Origin: Candidatus Eiseniibacteriota bacterium
GTDB lineage: Bacteria > Eisenbacteria > RBG-16-71-46 > JABDJR01 > JAWXBZ01
DNA length: 36,648 bases
Reading direction: 5' to 3'
Assembly: GCA_034440375.1 (NCBI GenBank)
Contig: JAWXBZ010000146.1
Location: 1 to 36,648 of the forward strand
A program made the translations under genes and the position numbers. Shown in pieces: positions 27,232 to 36,513 of the stretch (its first letter is position 1; every line of letters starts with the position of its first letter). The notes beneath the pieces are model-generated. The model saw only the letters and a program-made list of their open reading frames with translations, was not told the origin of the DNA and did not search any database.

Positions 27232-27264
27232 TGAGGGGCGCGCCGCGTCAGGGCGCGCGCCTCA
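27232..27264. terminator. GC-rich hairpin at a convergent gene junction (possible terminator)
   Basis: TGAGG-G-GCGCGCC...GGCGCGC-G-CCTCA inverted repeat; no clear poly-U tail. Confidence 0.3.
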
Positions 27265-28294
27265 CCAGCACATCGCCCGAGCCTGTTTCGATGACAACCG
27301 TTCCCTTGCCGTCGCCGACCGTGCCCCGGAATTCGTTGCGGCGGACGCGGGTGGCCTCGTGGGGGGCGTCGATGTCAATGGAGCCGCTTCCGGTTTCAAT
27401 GTCGAGGCTGGCCCCCAGGATAGTGCCGACTTCCAGGGTGACGTCCCCGGAACCGGTATCTAAATTGCCGCCATCGAGATCACTGCCCAGTGACACGAGG
27501 ATCGAGCCGGAGCCCGTGTCGCAACTGATCGTTCGGACCTGGACGCGCTTCAGCGAGATGTCGCCCGAACCGGTGTCCATCGAGAGTTGGTCGCAGGCCA
27601 GTCGCTCACCCTCGATGTGGCCGGAGCCGGTATCGGCATCGACGACATCGCCCGTGATGTCGGCCAGGATCACCGAGCCGGACCCGGTGTCAACACCGAC
27701 ATTGCCGGTGATTCGGGCCAGTTCGACATCGCCCGAACCGACGTCCACGCCGACATCACCGGTGATGCCGCGAGCTTCCACGTCGCCCGACGCCGTGTCG
27801 AAATCGAGGTCGGCGCTGACACTCTCCGCGCTGATGCGACCGATGGCATTGTAGAGCTTGAGGCTGGCGTCTTTCGGTACTACGATCCGGAGATCGGCCC
27901 AGAGTTGGCGGCCGCTTCCGGTGCCGGCTACCTTGACCTGCCTGCGGTTGACCATGTTCGAGCCGCCAAAGCTGCCATCCGGGCTGATGGAGATGCTGGA
28001 ATTCGAGCCGATCCGCATGGCCGGGTAGACGAACCGATCCCCCCTGTAGCGAAGGCGCAGGACCTCGGTATCGCCGTCTTTCTCGGTCGCGATCTCGAGA
28101 TCCGCGGCATCCCCGCCACCCCGGGTGATTTCGACCTGAAAGCCGGGGCCGGAGCCGGCCACCACGGTGGCCTTGCCGATCAAATTGTGGATACGGAGTT
28201 TCTTGCCCGTGAAGGATCTGGTTTCGGCGTGGGCGGCGACGCTGAGCAGGATACCAACAGCAGCAATTGACACGATCGGGCGGAAATGCGACAT
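27248..28294 (-). CDS. DUF4097/putative adhesin beta-strand repeat protein, secreted
   Basis: Signal peptide ending AHA; nine DTGSG/ETGSG-like repeats, mostly about 19-22 aa apart. GGAGG before ATG 28294. Confidence 0.85.
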   Translation of the reverse strand: MSHFRPIVSIAAVGILLSVAAHAETRSFTGKKLRIHNLIGKATVVAGSGPGFQVEITRGGGDAADLEIATEKDGDTEVLRLRYRGDRFVYPAMRIGSNSSISISPDGSFGGSNMVNRRQVKVAGTGSGRQLWADLRIVVPKDASLKLYNAIGRISAESVSADLDFDTASGDVEARGITGDVGVDVGSGDVELARITGNVGVDTGSGSVILADITGDVVDADTGSGHIEGERLACDQLSMDTGSGDISLKRVQVRTISCDTGSGSILVSLGSDLDGGNLDTGSGDVTLEVGTILGASLDIETGSGSIDIDAPHEATRVRRNEFRGTVGDGKGTVVIETGSGDVLVRRAP

Positions 28295-28361
28295 GGACCC
28301 CTCCATTGAAGGTGAGTGACGGAGGGATTAGACGACAGCCGCGGCCCCGATGTTGCCTGGA

Positions 28362-29072
28362 TTAATCGCGGGTGCTGTAGAGCTTGAATCGCCCGCGGCA
28401 CTCGACCACGGTGCGGACCATGTCGAACTGGATGGCGTTCCCCTGTGCATCCACCAGGGTGACATCCATGTCGTCGTGCAGCTTGAAGTTCGTGTAGGTG
28501 AAGACTTTACCGACTTTTATCGACGCCACTTTCAGCCCCTTGCCATGCATTTCGCCGGTGGTCCGGTTAAAGGAGGCCATGTGACGGCGGCGAAGGAAAT
28601 CCCAGGACTCGTTGATCGGTACCCCGGCCGCCGGACGGCTCTGCGGAAATTCCGGCCAGAGGATCGATTCGAAATCGCCGAATGTCACGGCGCTCCGGTC
28701 GAGCATGGCGCCGTCACCCAGGTCGAGTCCGATGGCGATCATCTGGACCAGATCGTCCATTGAAGCCGCGCCGCCGGTCAGAAAGGTACGATCGCTCACC
28801 GGGACTGTCCGGTAGCCGCGGGCGGCAGCCTCCGACTCGGGATCATTGGCACCGGGCTTGTAGTCCGGGTAGGCCTCCCGCAGCGACATCGTTTTGCCCG
28901 GCTCCACGTTGGACGCGGCGGCGTGGCGCGTCTCACTGGAGGAACCGTCGGTCAGGCGGCTGGCCGCCGGCACGGATGCCCCGGAGGCCGTGGGCGTGTC
29001 GGTGCGCCGGGCGCAGCCGACGGTGGTCGCCAACATGGCAAAGAGAAACGCGGTGCGGACAGATCGAATCAC
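28362..29072 (-). CDS. Hypothetical lipoprotein
   Basis: Hydrophobic signal with lipobox TVGC; AGGAGG RBS; lies directly after the TonB-dependent receptor. Confidence 0.7.
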   Translation of the reverse strand: MIRSVRTAFLFAMLATTVGCARRTDTPTASGASVPAASRLTDGSSSETRHAAASNVEPGKTMSLREAYPDYKPGANDPESEAAARGYRTVPVSDRTFLTGGAASMDDLVQMIAIGLDLGDGAMLDRSAVTFGDFESILWPEFPQSRPAAGVPINESWDFLRRRHMASFNRTTGEMHGKGLKVASIKVGKVFTYTNFKLHDDMDVTLVDAQGNAIQFDMVRTVVECRGRFKLYSTRD

Positions 29073-29087
29073 GAAGCCTCCTGAATG

Positions 29088-32000
29088 CTAGTCACCGAAT
29101 CCGAGCGAGATGCCGAAGCTCGAACCGGTCGTGAAGTCCTCGCGGACCTTTCCACCCTGCGTCTTCCGCTGGGGGGTGTTGGTGATGTTCTTGCCGACAA
29201 TCTTGAGTTTGAGCGCGCGACCGAGGCGCTGGGAAAGCGAGGCATCCAGCGTCACCCGTCCCTCCTCGTACACATCCGGCTGGCCGTAAACCCCCACGTC
29301 GGTCAGGCGTCGACCGAACTTGTTGAAGAAGAATGACGCCTCCGTCCGGCTGGAACGACTGGTGTAAAAGAGCGCCAGGTTCTGGACGAGCCTCGACTGG
29401 TCGGTGAGCGGCCGGACGCGGGAGGTCTGGACACCGTCAGACCCGGTGAATTCGACCCGGCTGTCGACGATGATCAGGTTGCCACTGACGGAGAACCGGT
29501 TCAGCCCTCCCCATAGATGGCCCAGGCCGAGTCGCCCTTCGAGCTCCAGGCCGTAGTTTCGTCCTTCGGGTGTGTTCACCGGCTGCTTGCGCGGGGATTC
29601 GCCGCCCTGGATATTGTTTTCAATGGCGTCGGTCAACTTCTTGTAGAAACCGCCAACCGACACCAGTTCGGAGAGCGATGGGAAGAGTTCCCAGCGGAGA
29701 TCATAGGAATCGATCTCGGCCCGGCGCAGGGCTGGATTGCCGATGAAGGGCGCACCACTCTCGTAATCGGTTATCTCGGTGGGAGACAGCTCGCGGAGGT
29801 CCGGCCGGTTCAGCGTCCGGCTCCAGGAAGCACGAACATTCTGCCGGCCGGCCGGCGCCCAGGTCAGGTTGATCCCCGGCAGGAAGTCACGGTCGTGATG
29901 CTGATTCCCGGCAAACTCATTGGTGAAGGCATCTTTCGCGTAGTACTCGATGCCCTGCCAGGCGTTTTCCATCCGTCCGCCGGCAACCGCTCGCAGCCTC
30001 TTGAGAAGTGGAAAATCGAACATGAAATACCAGGCACTGATTGACTGGTCGCCCCAGGTGTAGTCGGTATTGCGCGTATTCTCCTTGAACTCCAGGCCAT
30101 GCCCGATATTGGAATTGGCCAGAACCGAGTCAACCGGCTCCCCCAGATCGAGGCCGGAGAGGGGTCGATAAGTGAACCGACGGGTCCAGGAATTGCGTTC
30201 CTTGTCCGAGACCCATAGACCGGTGCGGAATCGGGCCTCCCCTTCCGCGTAGGAGTAGAACGGGATGGTCAGGTTCAACTCGGCGCCCTTCTCGGTGTCG
30301 TCCAGGAAGCCGAACAGGCGGTCAGCGCCTCGCCCGGAAAAGGCCCAATAGGTGGTGTCGCGGACGGTCGAGCCGTTCTCGCCTTCCTCGACGATCTGAT
30401 TGGTGGTCCTGGCGTAGAAGCTTTCACGGCGGTCGGGCTCGTCGCGATGGGCCATCGATCGATTGAGCTTCCAATCGAGGCGCGATCCGAGGAACGGCAT
30501 ATGATGTTCGCCGCTCAGCGTTCCAGAAAAAAGGGCACGTTCCTGGAACAGGAGCCGATCCACCCGGAAAGTGGCGTTGGCGTCGAGGTAGTACCCCTCG
30601 TACCGACGCGCCTCGTCATCACTGCTCGACGTGTACAGGGTGTTCAACTTCAGCGAGGACTGCTCACCGAGGCGGAGGCTCAGGTTGCCGATTCCGCCCA
30701 GCAGGACGCTTTGCGTCGTGCGTGTTACCTCGTAGTCACCCTTGATCGTGGAGAGAGTGTTGTCCTCATAGTTCAACACCTTGCCAACATCCGTGTTGTA
30801 TCCGTTCTGGTAGGCCAGGGCGCCCACGAAACCGAATGGCTTGTCCATGACCGTGGTGCGCTGCCCGAGGGCCATGTTCCAGGAACTATTCACCGGCGGA
30901 CGACTGTCCTGAACGGACCAGGTGGGGTTGAACGACCGGGCCAGGGTGAGGAAATCATCCTTGCTGAATCCAGGGCCGTCCGGCTTCAGCGGGCTTCGCT
31001 GCACAATACGCTTATTGCCGGCCATGTCGGCGACAAGGTCGGGGAAGCTCCGCGCGCCGTCATCCATGCCGAGGAAATCCAGATTGCCGCCGGCATATCC
31101 GAGGCCGTCCGTGCCGGTGGTGCCGGAGCGCCAGCCGGTTCCGATTGAACTTGTCAGCACCGGATTCTCAGGGACATCCCGGGTACTGATCTGTACCGAG
31201 GCGCCGCCGAAATCACCCTGCAGGTCCGGTGTCCAGGTCTTCTGGAGCACCACGTTGTCGAGCAGGCTGGCGGGAAAAATGTCCATCGGAACGACCTTGC
31301 GATTGGCCTCGGGGCTGCCGACCCGCACGCCGTTGACCTGGGTTGAGGCATAACGCTCACTCATCCCGCGGATAACGAGGAACTTGCCGTCCTTGACTGA
31401 CACGCCGGTCACACGGCCGAGCACCTGGGCCGCGTCGGAGTCGGTGCCCTTCTTGATCGATTCACGGGAAATGCCGTCGGTGACCGCGGCCGACTGGCGA
31501 CGGGTCGAGAGTTCCGACACGGCCGAATTTCGAATGCGATTGCCGCGGACGTTGACTTCCTGCACCGTGACCTTGGCCTCCGGCAGCATTTCGACGCGAA
31601 GGGCCGTATTGAAGCCGGAGGAAACCGACACGCGGGAAATGACCCGCCTGGCATAGTTCAGCGCCAGAACGGTGACTTCATACGTTCCAGTCGGCAATTT
31701 GATGGAAAATCGGCCGTCCGCGCCGGTGACGACCCCGTACGGCCGGACGGTCGGATCGACCGGCATCGGCGCAAAGGCCACGGATGCCTGGCTGATATTT
31801 TCGAGAGTGCTGAGTCCATCGACGACGTGCCCGCGAAACTCCTTCAGCGTCTGGTCGGTCAGCGTCAGCTCGAGGGCGACCGCCTCGCCCGGGTTCACCT
31901 CGACGCCCTCCAGGGTCTTTGCCGGCCAGAGGAGGTGTTCGACCAGGACGTTCCAGCGGCCGGCGCGGACCTCTGCGCTCCAGAACCCTTCCGCGTTGGT

Positions 32001-32321
32001 CGTCAGGACACGCTTTGGCCCCGAGCCGTCGGCCGGGGTCAGGGTCACGTAGGCGAAGGCCAGCGGCTCCCCGCTGTCGACTTTGGTCAGCCGGCCGCGG
32101 AGGACGCCCCTGGCCGACTCGGGCAACGCTGCCGCTACCTTACTTTCCGAGACCACCAACGCACTATCCGAGACCGCCACCTCCTTATCTGAATCCTTCA
32201 CCTGAGCCGCTGCCGGGGCAAGCCCAACAGTCAGCGGGAAAAACCCGACAGTCACCGGAGCCGAAGCTCCGGTGACCGCCAGGATAAGTATGGAGAGTAG
32301 TGCCGAACGGAGTCTTGTCAT
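29088..32321 (-). CDS. TonB-dependent receptor with two N-terminal carboxypeptidase-regulatory-like domains
   Basis: Plug DGISRESIK..DAAQVLGRVTGVS..IRGMSERY, DIFPASLLDNVV.KTWTPD; barrel GNPAL, YDLRWELFP, GLELE, KNIT; ends ISLGFGD. Confidence 0.92.
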   Translation of the reverse strand: MTRLRSALLSILILAVTGASAPVTVGFFPLTVGLAPAAAQVKDSDKEVAVSDSALVVSESKVAAALPESARGVLRGRLTKVDSGEPLAFAYVTLTPADGSGPKRVLTTNAEGFWSAEVRAGRWNVLVEHLLWPAKTLEGVEVNPGEAVALELTLTDQTLKEFRGHVVDGLSTLENISQASVAFAPMPVDPTVRPYGVVTGADGRFSIKLPTGTYEVTVLALNYARRVISRVSVSSGFNTALRVEMLPEAKVTVQEVNVRGNRIRNSAVSELSTRRQSAAVTDGISRESIKKGTDSDAAQVLGRVTGVSVKDGKFLVIRGMSERYASTQVNGVRVGSPEANRKVVPMDIFPASLLDNVVLQKTWTPDLQGDFGGASVQISTRDVPENPVLTSSIGTGWRSGTTGTDGLGYAGGNLDFLGMDDGARSFPDLVADMAGNKRIVQRSPLKPDGPGFSKDDFLTLARSFNPTWSVQDSRPPVNSSWNMALGQRTTVMDKPFGFVGALAYQNGYNTDVGKVLNYEDNTLSTIKGDYEVTRTTQSVLLGGIGNLSLRLGEQSSLKLNTLYTSSSDDEARRYEGYYLDANATFRVDRLLFQERALFSGTLSGEHHMPFLGSRLDWKLNRSMAHRDEPDRRESFYARTTNQIVEEGENGSTVRDTTYWAFSGRGADRLFGFLDDTEKGAELNLTIPFYSYAEGEARFRTGLWVSDKERNSWTRRFTYRPLSGLDLGEPVDSVLANSNIGHGLEFKENTRNTDYTWGDQSISAWYFMFDFPLLKRLRAVAGGRMENAWQGIEYYAKDAFTNEFAGNQHHDRDFLPGINLTWAPAGRQNVRASWSRTLNRPDLRELSPTEITDYESGAPFIGNPALRRAEIDSYDLRWELFPSLSELVSVGGFYKKLTDAIENNIQGGESPRKQPVNTPEGRNYGLELEGRLGLGHLWGGLNRFSVSGNLIIVDSRVEFTGSDGVQTSRVRPLTDQSRLVQNLALFYTSRSSRTEASFFFNKFGRRLTDVGVYGQPDVYEEGRVTLDASLSQRLGRALKLKIVGKNITNTPQRKTQGGKVREDFTTGSSFGISLGFGD

Positions 32322-35300
32322 CGGATGTAGACCAGTTTCCCCGTCGCCTTCCGATCACCGGCATCCACTGCATAGAAGTAGATCCCTTCGGAAAGATCGC
32401 TCGGCGTCCAGTCCATCTCGTGGAGACCCGCCTCGAGGTTCCCCTCGGCGAGCGTGGAGACAAGCTGACCACTCAGCGAGAAGATCTTGACGGTGGCCCT
32501 GGCGGCCACCGGCAGCGTGAACGAAATGCGGGACGAGGAGCGAACCGGATTCGGATATGCCCGGGCCAGCAGGCCCTTCGCACCGTTACCGGCATCGGCA
32601 ATGACGCCCGACGTCACGGAACAGAACACCGTGCCGTTCCCGCCAAAGCCGCCGGCCACCGTTTCGGCGTCGTCGAAGTCGAAGCCGCATGTCTTGAATC
32701 CGAGGACGATCGAGTTGCAGACCTCGCCACGGGCGCCACGGCGGAAATGAATGCCCTGACCACCGTTGCTGGTGGTGGAATTGCCGTCCGTGGTGCGAAC
32801 GCCCACAAGCGTCAGGTTGTAGAACTGGGGGTTGGAGCGGCAGAGCGAATTCGCGAAGTTGAACTCGTTGTTATCGCCTTCGATCCCCTTGTCCACCGTA
32901 TTGGCGGCCGGGTTCGCCTCCTGCTGGACGATGGCAAACTGAACCTTCCCGCGGTAGCCCATCTGGAAGTCGAGGCCGTCGTCATCGCCGTGCGTGGCCA
33001 GGAGGTATTTGCTGCGAACGGTGCCACCGAACCACTCGAAAAGATCGTCCGAACCCTGGTGCGTCTGGATGTAGTTGATCGACGTCCCCTGGCCGAGCGC
33101 GTTCATGGTCAGGCAGTTCAGTTCATTGTTCGGGGCCACCTGGAAACCGGCGAACTCGACACGGGCCCAGCCGAGTGATCCACCGTTGTACTCATCGTCG
33201 ACGCCTCCGAAGCTGCCGGCATTGCCTTCCGAGACACACGAATCGCCGGCCGCCGTGTTGGCGCAGTTGGCGCACGCACGACCGTGCCACACGAAACCGC
33301 CCCAGTTACCCGGAGCCGCGGAGCCGGCCGGAGCCAGTTCCGAAGTGAAAATGATCGGAGCCTGGCGGGTGCCGTTGGCGAGAACCTGTCCGCTCCGCTC
33401 GATGACAAGATAGGAGGGCGTCACGGTCGTCGAGCCAAAGATCGCCGTGCCAGCCTGGATCATCAGGGTCCGACCACCGGCCACCGACACACGGCCCTCG
33501 ATGATGTAATTGTTGGTGTTGTTCATGACATAGCCGTCCGGCAGATTGCCGGCCGTCAGCGTCACCAGTGGCTTGCTCAGGTCGAAGTCAGCCGGGTTAC
33601 CGTTGGGATCGTAGGTGGTCCAGCCCTGTGTCCAGTCCTGCGCCGGATCCTGCGACAACGCGCCGGCATAGTTGGTCTGGGTCATGAAGCCGTCATCCTT
33701 GACCACGACAACCGGATGAAAATTGGCGCAGAGCGCGCCGCTGGCCGGCTGAGGAACGAAATTGGGGTTCGAAAGGCTGGCCGGGTTCGTCAGGATCGGA
33801 TTGACCGCGCGATTGTGTGTGAACGGCGAACCGAAGAGGACGGTGTTTTCGAGGAATCCGCCTGTCGCCGCATCGCTGCAACCGTTCGGATTGTTGTTGA
33901 AGGTGACGTTGCCATCCCAGGTAATCACCGGGTCCTTCACTTCCTTCGGGCAAACCGGATCGCCATCCGGGCCGAAGCCACCGGCCACGGTTTCCGCGTC
34001 GTCGAAGTCAAAGCCGCAAGTCTTGAAGCCGAGGATGATGGAGTTGAGAACCTGGCCGCGGGCGCCGCGGCGGAAGTGGATCCCCTGCCCGCCGTTGCTG
34101 GTAGTGGCCGGGCCGTCGGTGGTCCGAACGCCGACCAGGGTCAGGTTGGCGAATGTCGGGTTCGAGCGACAGAGTGAGTTGGCGAAATTGAACTCGTTGT
34201 TGTCGCCTTCGATGCCCTTGTCGACCGTATTGACGGCCGGATTGGCCTCCTGCTGGACGATGGCGAATTGAACCTTGCCGCGGTAGCCCATCTGGAAGTC
34301 GAGACCGTCGTCATCGCCGTGCGTGGCGATCAGGTACTTGTGGCGGGTGGTGCCGCCGAACCACTCGAACAGGTCGTCGGAACCCTGGTGGGTCTGGACG
34401 AAATTGATCAGGGTCCGGTCGCCGAGCGCATTCATGGTCAGGCAGTTGAGTTCGTTGTTGGGGGCCACCTGAAAGCCGGCGAACTCGATGCGGGTATAGG
34501 TCATCGTGCCGCCGTCGTAAGTGTCGTCGGTGCCGCCGAAGCTGCCAGCATTGCCTTCCGACACGCACGAATCGCCGGCCGCCGTGTTGGCGCAGTTGGC
34601 GCAGGCATGGCCGTGCCATACAACACCACCCCAATTACCCGGTCCGGCGGTGCCGCCCGGAGCCAGCTCGGAGGTAAAGACGATTGGCTGGCTCGGCGAA
34701 CCGTTGGCGACGAGCTTGGCGCCCCGCTCAACCACAAAATAGGACGGGGTCACGGTGGTGGAGCCGAAGATCGCCGTGCCCGGCTGGATGGTGGCTTTCC
34801 GACCCGTGGCCACCGAAACGCGCCCCTCGATCAGATAGTTGTTGGTGTTCATGAAGACGTAGTTGGCCGGCAGATTCCCGGCTGTCAGCGCCACCAGGGG
34901 CTTGCCAAGATTGAACTCCGCCGGGTTGCCGTTCGGGTCATAGGAAACCCAGTTCCCCACGGCCCAGTTTTCCGCTGCAATCGGCGAAAGAGCGCCGGCA
35001 AACTTCACCTGGTCAAAAAAACCATCCGTCGGGACGGCAATGACCGGGTGCGTATCGCAGACTGAGTTGCCGCCGGCCGACGGCCGGAAGTCCGGAGCCG
35101 TCAGGCTGGACGGGTTAATCAGTTGCGGATCGACAAACCGGTTGTGAGTAAACGGCGATCCCAGGAGGACGTTGTTCTCGAGGAAGCCTCCGGTGGCCGC
35201 ATCGCCGCAGCCGTTCGGGTTGTTGTTGAAGCTGATGTTTCCGTCCCCGACGATGGTCTGGGATGCCGCCGTGCCGGCAAGGACAAGCCCGAACGACGCG

Positions 35301-35326
35301 GCCAGTGCCACTTTCAGTAGCTTCAT
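32318..35326 (-). CDS. Secreted beta-helix-type protein with two tandem 443-aa units and a C-terminal T9SS-A/FlgD-like sorting domain
   Basis: GGAGGA then MKLLKVALAASFGLVLAGTAAS signal; PIVFTS...GNWGG, RIEFAG...NELN, DDLFEWFGGT, DDDGLD each occur twice; C-terminal YPNP...GIYFY...KLVYIR. Confidence 0.85.
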   Translation of the reverse strand: MKLLKVALAASFGLVLAGTAASQTIVGDGNISFNNNPNGCGDAATGGFLENNVLLGSPFTHNRFVDPQLINPSSLTAPDFRPSAGGNSVCDTHPVIAVPTDGFFDQVKFAGALSPIAAENWAVGNWVSYDPNGNPAEFNLGKPLVALTAGNLPANYVFMNTNNYLIEGRVSVATGRKATIQPGTAIFGSTTVTPSYFVVERGAKLVANGSPSQPIVFTSELAPGGTAGPGNWGGVVWHGHACANCANTAAGDSCVSEGNAGSFGGTDDTYDGGTMTYTRIEFAGFQVAPNNELNCLTMNALGDRTLINFVQTHQGSDDLFEWFGGTTRHKYLIATHGDDDGLDFQMGYRGKVQFAIVQQEANPAVNTVDKGIEGDNNEFNFANSLCRSNPTFANLTLVGVRTTDGPATTSNGGQGIHFRRGARGQVLNSIILGFKTCGFDFDDAETVAGGFGPDGDPVCPKEVKDPVITWDGNVTFNNNPNGCSDAATGGFLENTVLFGSPFTHNRAVNPILTNPASLSNPNFVPQPASGALCANFHPVVVVKDDGFMTQTNYAGALSQDPAQDWTQGWTTYDPNGNPADFDLSKPLVTLTAGNLPDGYVMNNTNNYIIEGRVSVAGGRTLMIQAGTAIFGSTTVTPSYLVIERSGQVLANGTRQAPIIFTSELAPAGSAAPGNWGGFVWHGRACANCANTAAGDSCVSEGNAGSFGGVDDEYNGGSLGWARVEFAGFQVAPNNELNCLTMNALGQGTSINYIQTHQGSDDLFEWFGGTVRSKYLLATHGDDDGLDFQMGYRGKVQFAIVQQEANPAANTVDKGIEGDNNEFNFANSLCRSNPQFYNLTLVGVRTTDGNSTTSNGGQGIHFRRGARGEVCNSIVLGFKTCGFDFDDAETVAGGFGGNGTVFCSVTSGVIADAGNGAKGLLARAYPNPVRSSSRISFTLPVAARATVKIFSLSGQLVSTLAEGNLEAGLHEMDWTPSDLSEGIYFYAVDAGDRKATGKLVYIR
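32633..35255 (-). repeat. Intragenic tandem duplication with a 1329-bp period
   Basis: The NNNPNGC codons at about 35211 and 33882, and the ETVAGGFG codons at about 33975 and 32646, are both offset by 1329 nt. Confidence 0.92.
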
Positions 35327-35475
35327 CGATTTCCTCCAGGTCGCAGATGCGTGGCGAGGACACTTGGTGACAACCGTCACCAGCGTTTGGTCGCGACGTG
35401 GAAGGTAGAGAAGCGGCTTGTCGGCGGGATGAAGTTGATGTGGCGTCATGGCGACGAGAATATTGTCGGGCTTCC

Positions 35476-35492
35476 ATGACGATTCGGTGACG
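35476..35492 (-). promoter_or_regulatory. Pho-box-like tandem repeat (GTCAC-N6-GTCAT)
   Basis: Minus strand cGTCACcgaatcGTCAT has 11-bp spacing and lies about 150 nt upstream of the beta-helix/TBDR operon. Confidence 0.4.
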
Positions 35493-35506
35493 GGATGGGG
35501 CGGAAA

Positions 35507-35749
35507 TCAGCTCTTCTTGCGGGAGGCCATGATGGCGGACAGCAGTCCCTCGGGTACGCCGGGTGGTACATCGTGGTCGACATGCGGAAAGGCACCCGCC
35601 TCGAGCTGAACGGTTTGCTCGTAGGTGGCCAGGTAGGCCTGGCAGTCCGGGCACTGGTGTAAGTGACGATCGAACTCGAATCGTTCGTCTGGCAGCAAAT
35701 CACCGCCAAGGTAATCGATCAGGAATTCGATGAATTCACGACATGTCAT
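35507..35749 (-). CDS. Small soluble zinc-binding anti-sigma factor (zf-HC2/ZAS)
   Basis: MTCREF...DYLGGDL...HLHQCPDC (C...HxxxCxxC); ATGA overlap with the sigma gene. Confidence 0.9.
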   Translation of the reverse strand: MTCREFIEFLIDYLGGDLLPDERFEFDRHLHQCPDCQAYLATYEQTVQLEAGAFPHVDHDVPPGVPEGLLSAIMASRKKS

Positions 35750-36372
35750 TGCGGGCCCTCCCGAAAACTGGGATCAAGAAGTGTGCGCAAGCCCTGGCGG
35801 GCCCGGTGCAGTCGAACCTTGACGGCATTTGCGCTGATTCCAAGTGCGCGGGCCGCATCCTCGGTGTCGTAACCTTCAATGTCGCGCAACAGCAAAACCG
35901 TTCGATATCCCTCCGGGAGCCGGTCGATGTTGCGCCGCACCAGGAGCCTGATTTCCAGCGAGGCGGCCTCCGGTCGGGCGGAATCGTTCCAGAGGACGGC
36001 CGGATCGAGCTGATGCCCGTCCTCCTGAAATCGGGGCAGGAGGTCCTCAATCGACTCCTCGGGCTTGCGGCGCCGGGTCCGCAACTTCATCAACCCGGCA
36101 TTGACGACGATCCGGTGGAGCCATGTGGTGAGGCGGGCGTCTCCCTGGAAGCGTTCGAGCGATTTGAACGCGGAAAGAAATGCATCCTGGACGGCATCGC
36201 GACTGTCATCCTCGTTTCGCAACAGGCGCCGGGCCACCGCAAGCAGGCGGGGGCCATACAGCAGGACCATCTCGGCGAATGCCGATTCATCTCCACGGCG
36301 CAGCCGCAAGAGGAGATGAGTTTCGTCCTGCCGTTCGGGATTCTCCGCCGTCGTCGAGGTAGGCATCGTCAC
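35746..36372 (-). CDS. ECF sigma-70 family RNA polymerase sigma factor
   Basis: DAVQDAFLSAF, TWLHRIVVN, LPEGYRTVLLLRDIEG, AVKVRLHRAR. Confidence 0.93.
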   Translation of the reverse strand: MTMPTSTTAENPERQDETHLLLRLRRGDESAFAEMVLLYGPRLLAVARRLLRNEDDSRDAVQDAFLSAFKSLERFQGDARLTTWLHRIVVNAGLMKLRTRRRKPEESIEDLLPRFQEDGHQLDPAVLWNDSARPEAASLEIRLLVRRNIDRLPEGYRTVLLLRDIEGYDTEDAARALGISANAVKVRLHRARQGLRTLLDPSFREGPQ

Positions 36373-36513
36373 CAGATCCAGTTCCTCCGCCCCCGGTCCA
36401 GGGGGCCTTGTTACCCGTTGGATGCCGCCGGCCGGCCACGGTGTCGCCGGTTCGCCCGGGTGGTACGTTTCACGAACTTTACCTCTGGCCTGGTCCGAGC
36501 AAGGAGAATTTCG

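Noticed and set aside
36467-36482. GTTTCACG as a parS site
   Set aside because: Only one half-site matches; the palindromic TGAAAC half is missing, and it is far from the ParA gene.
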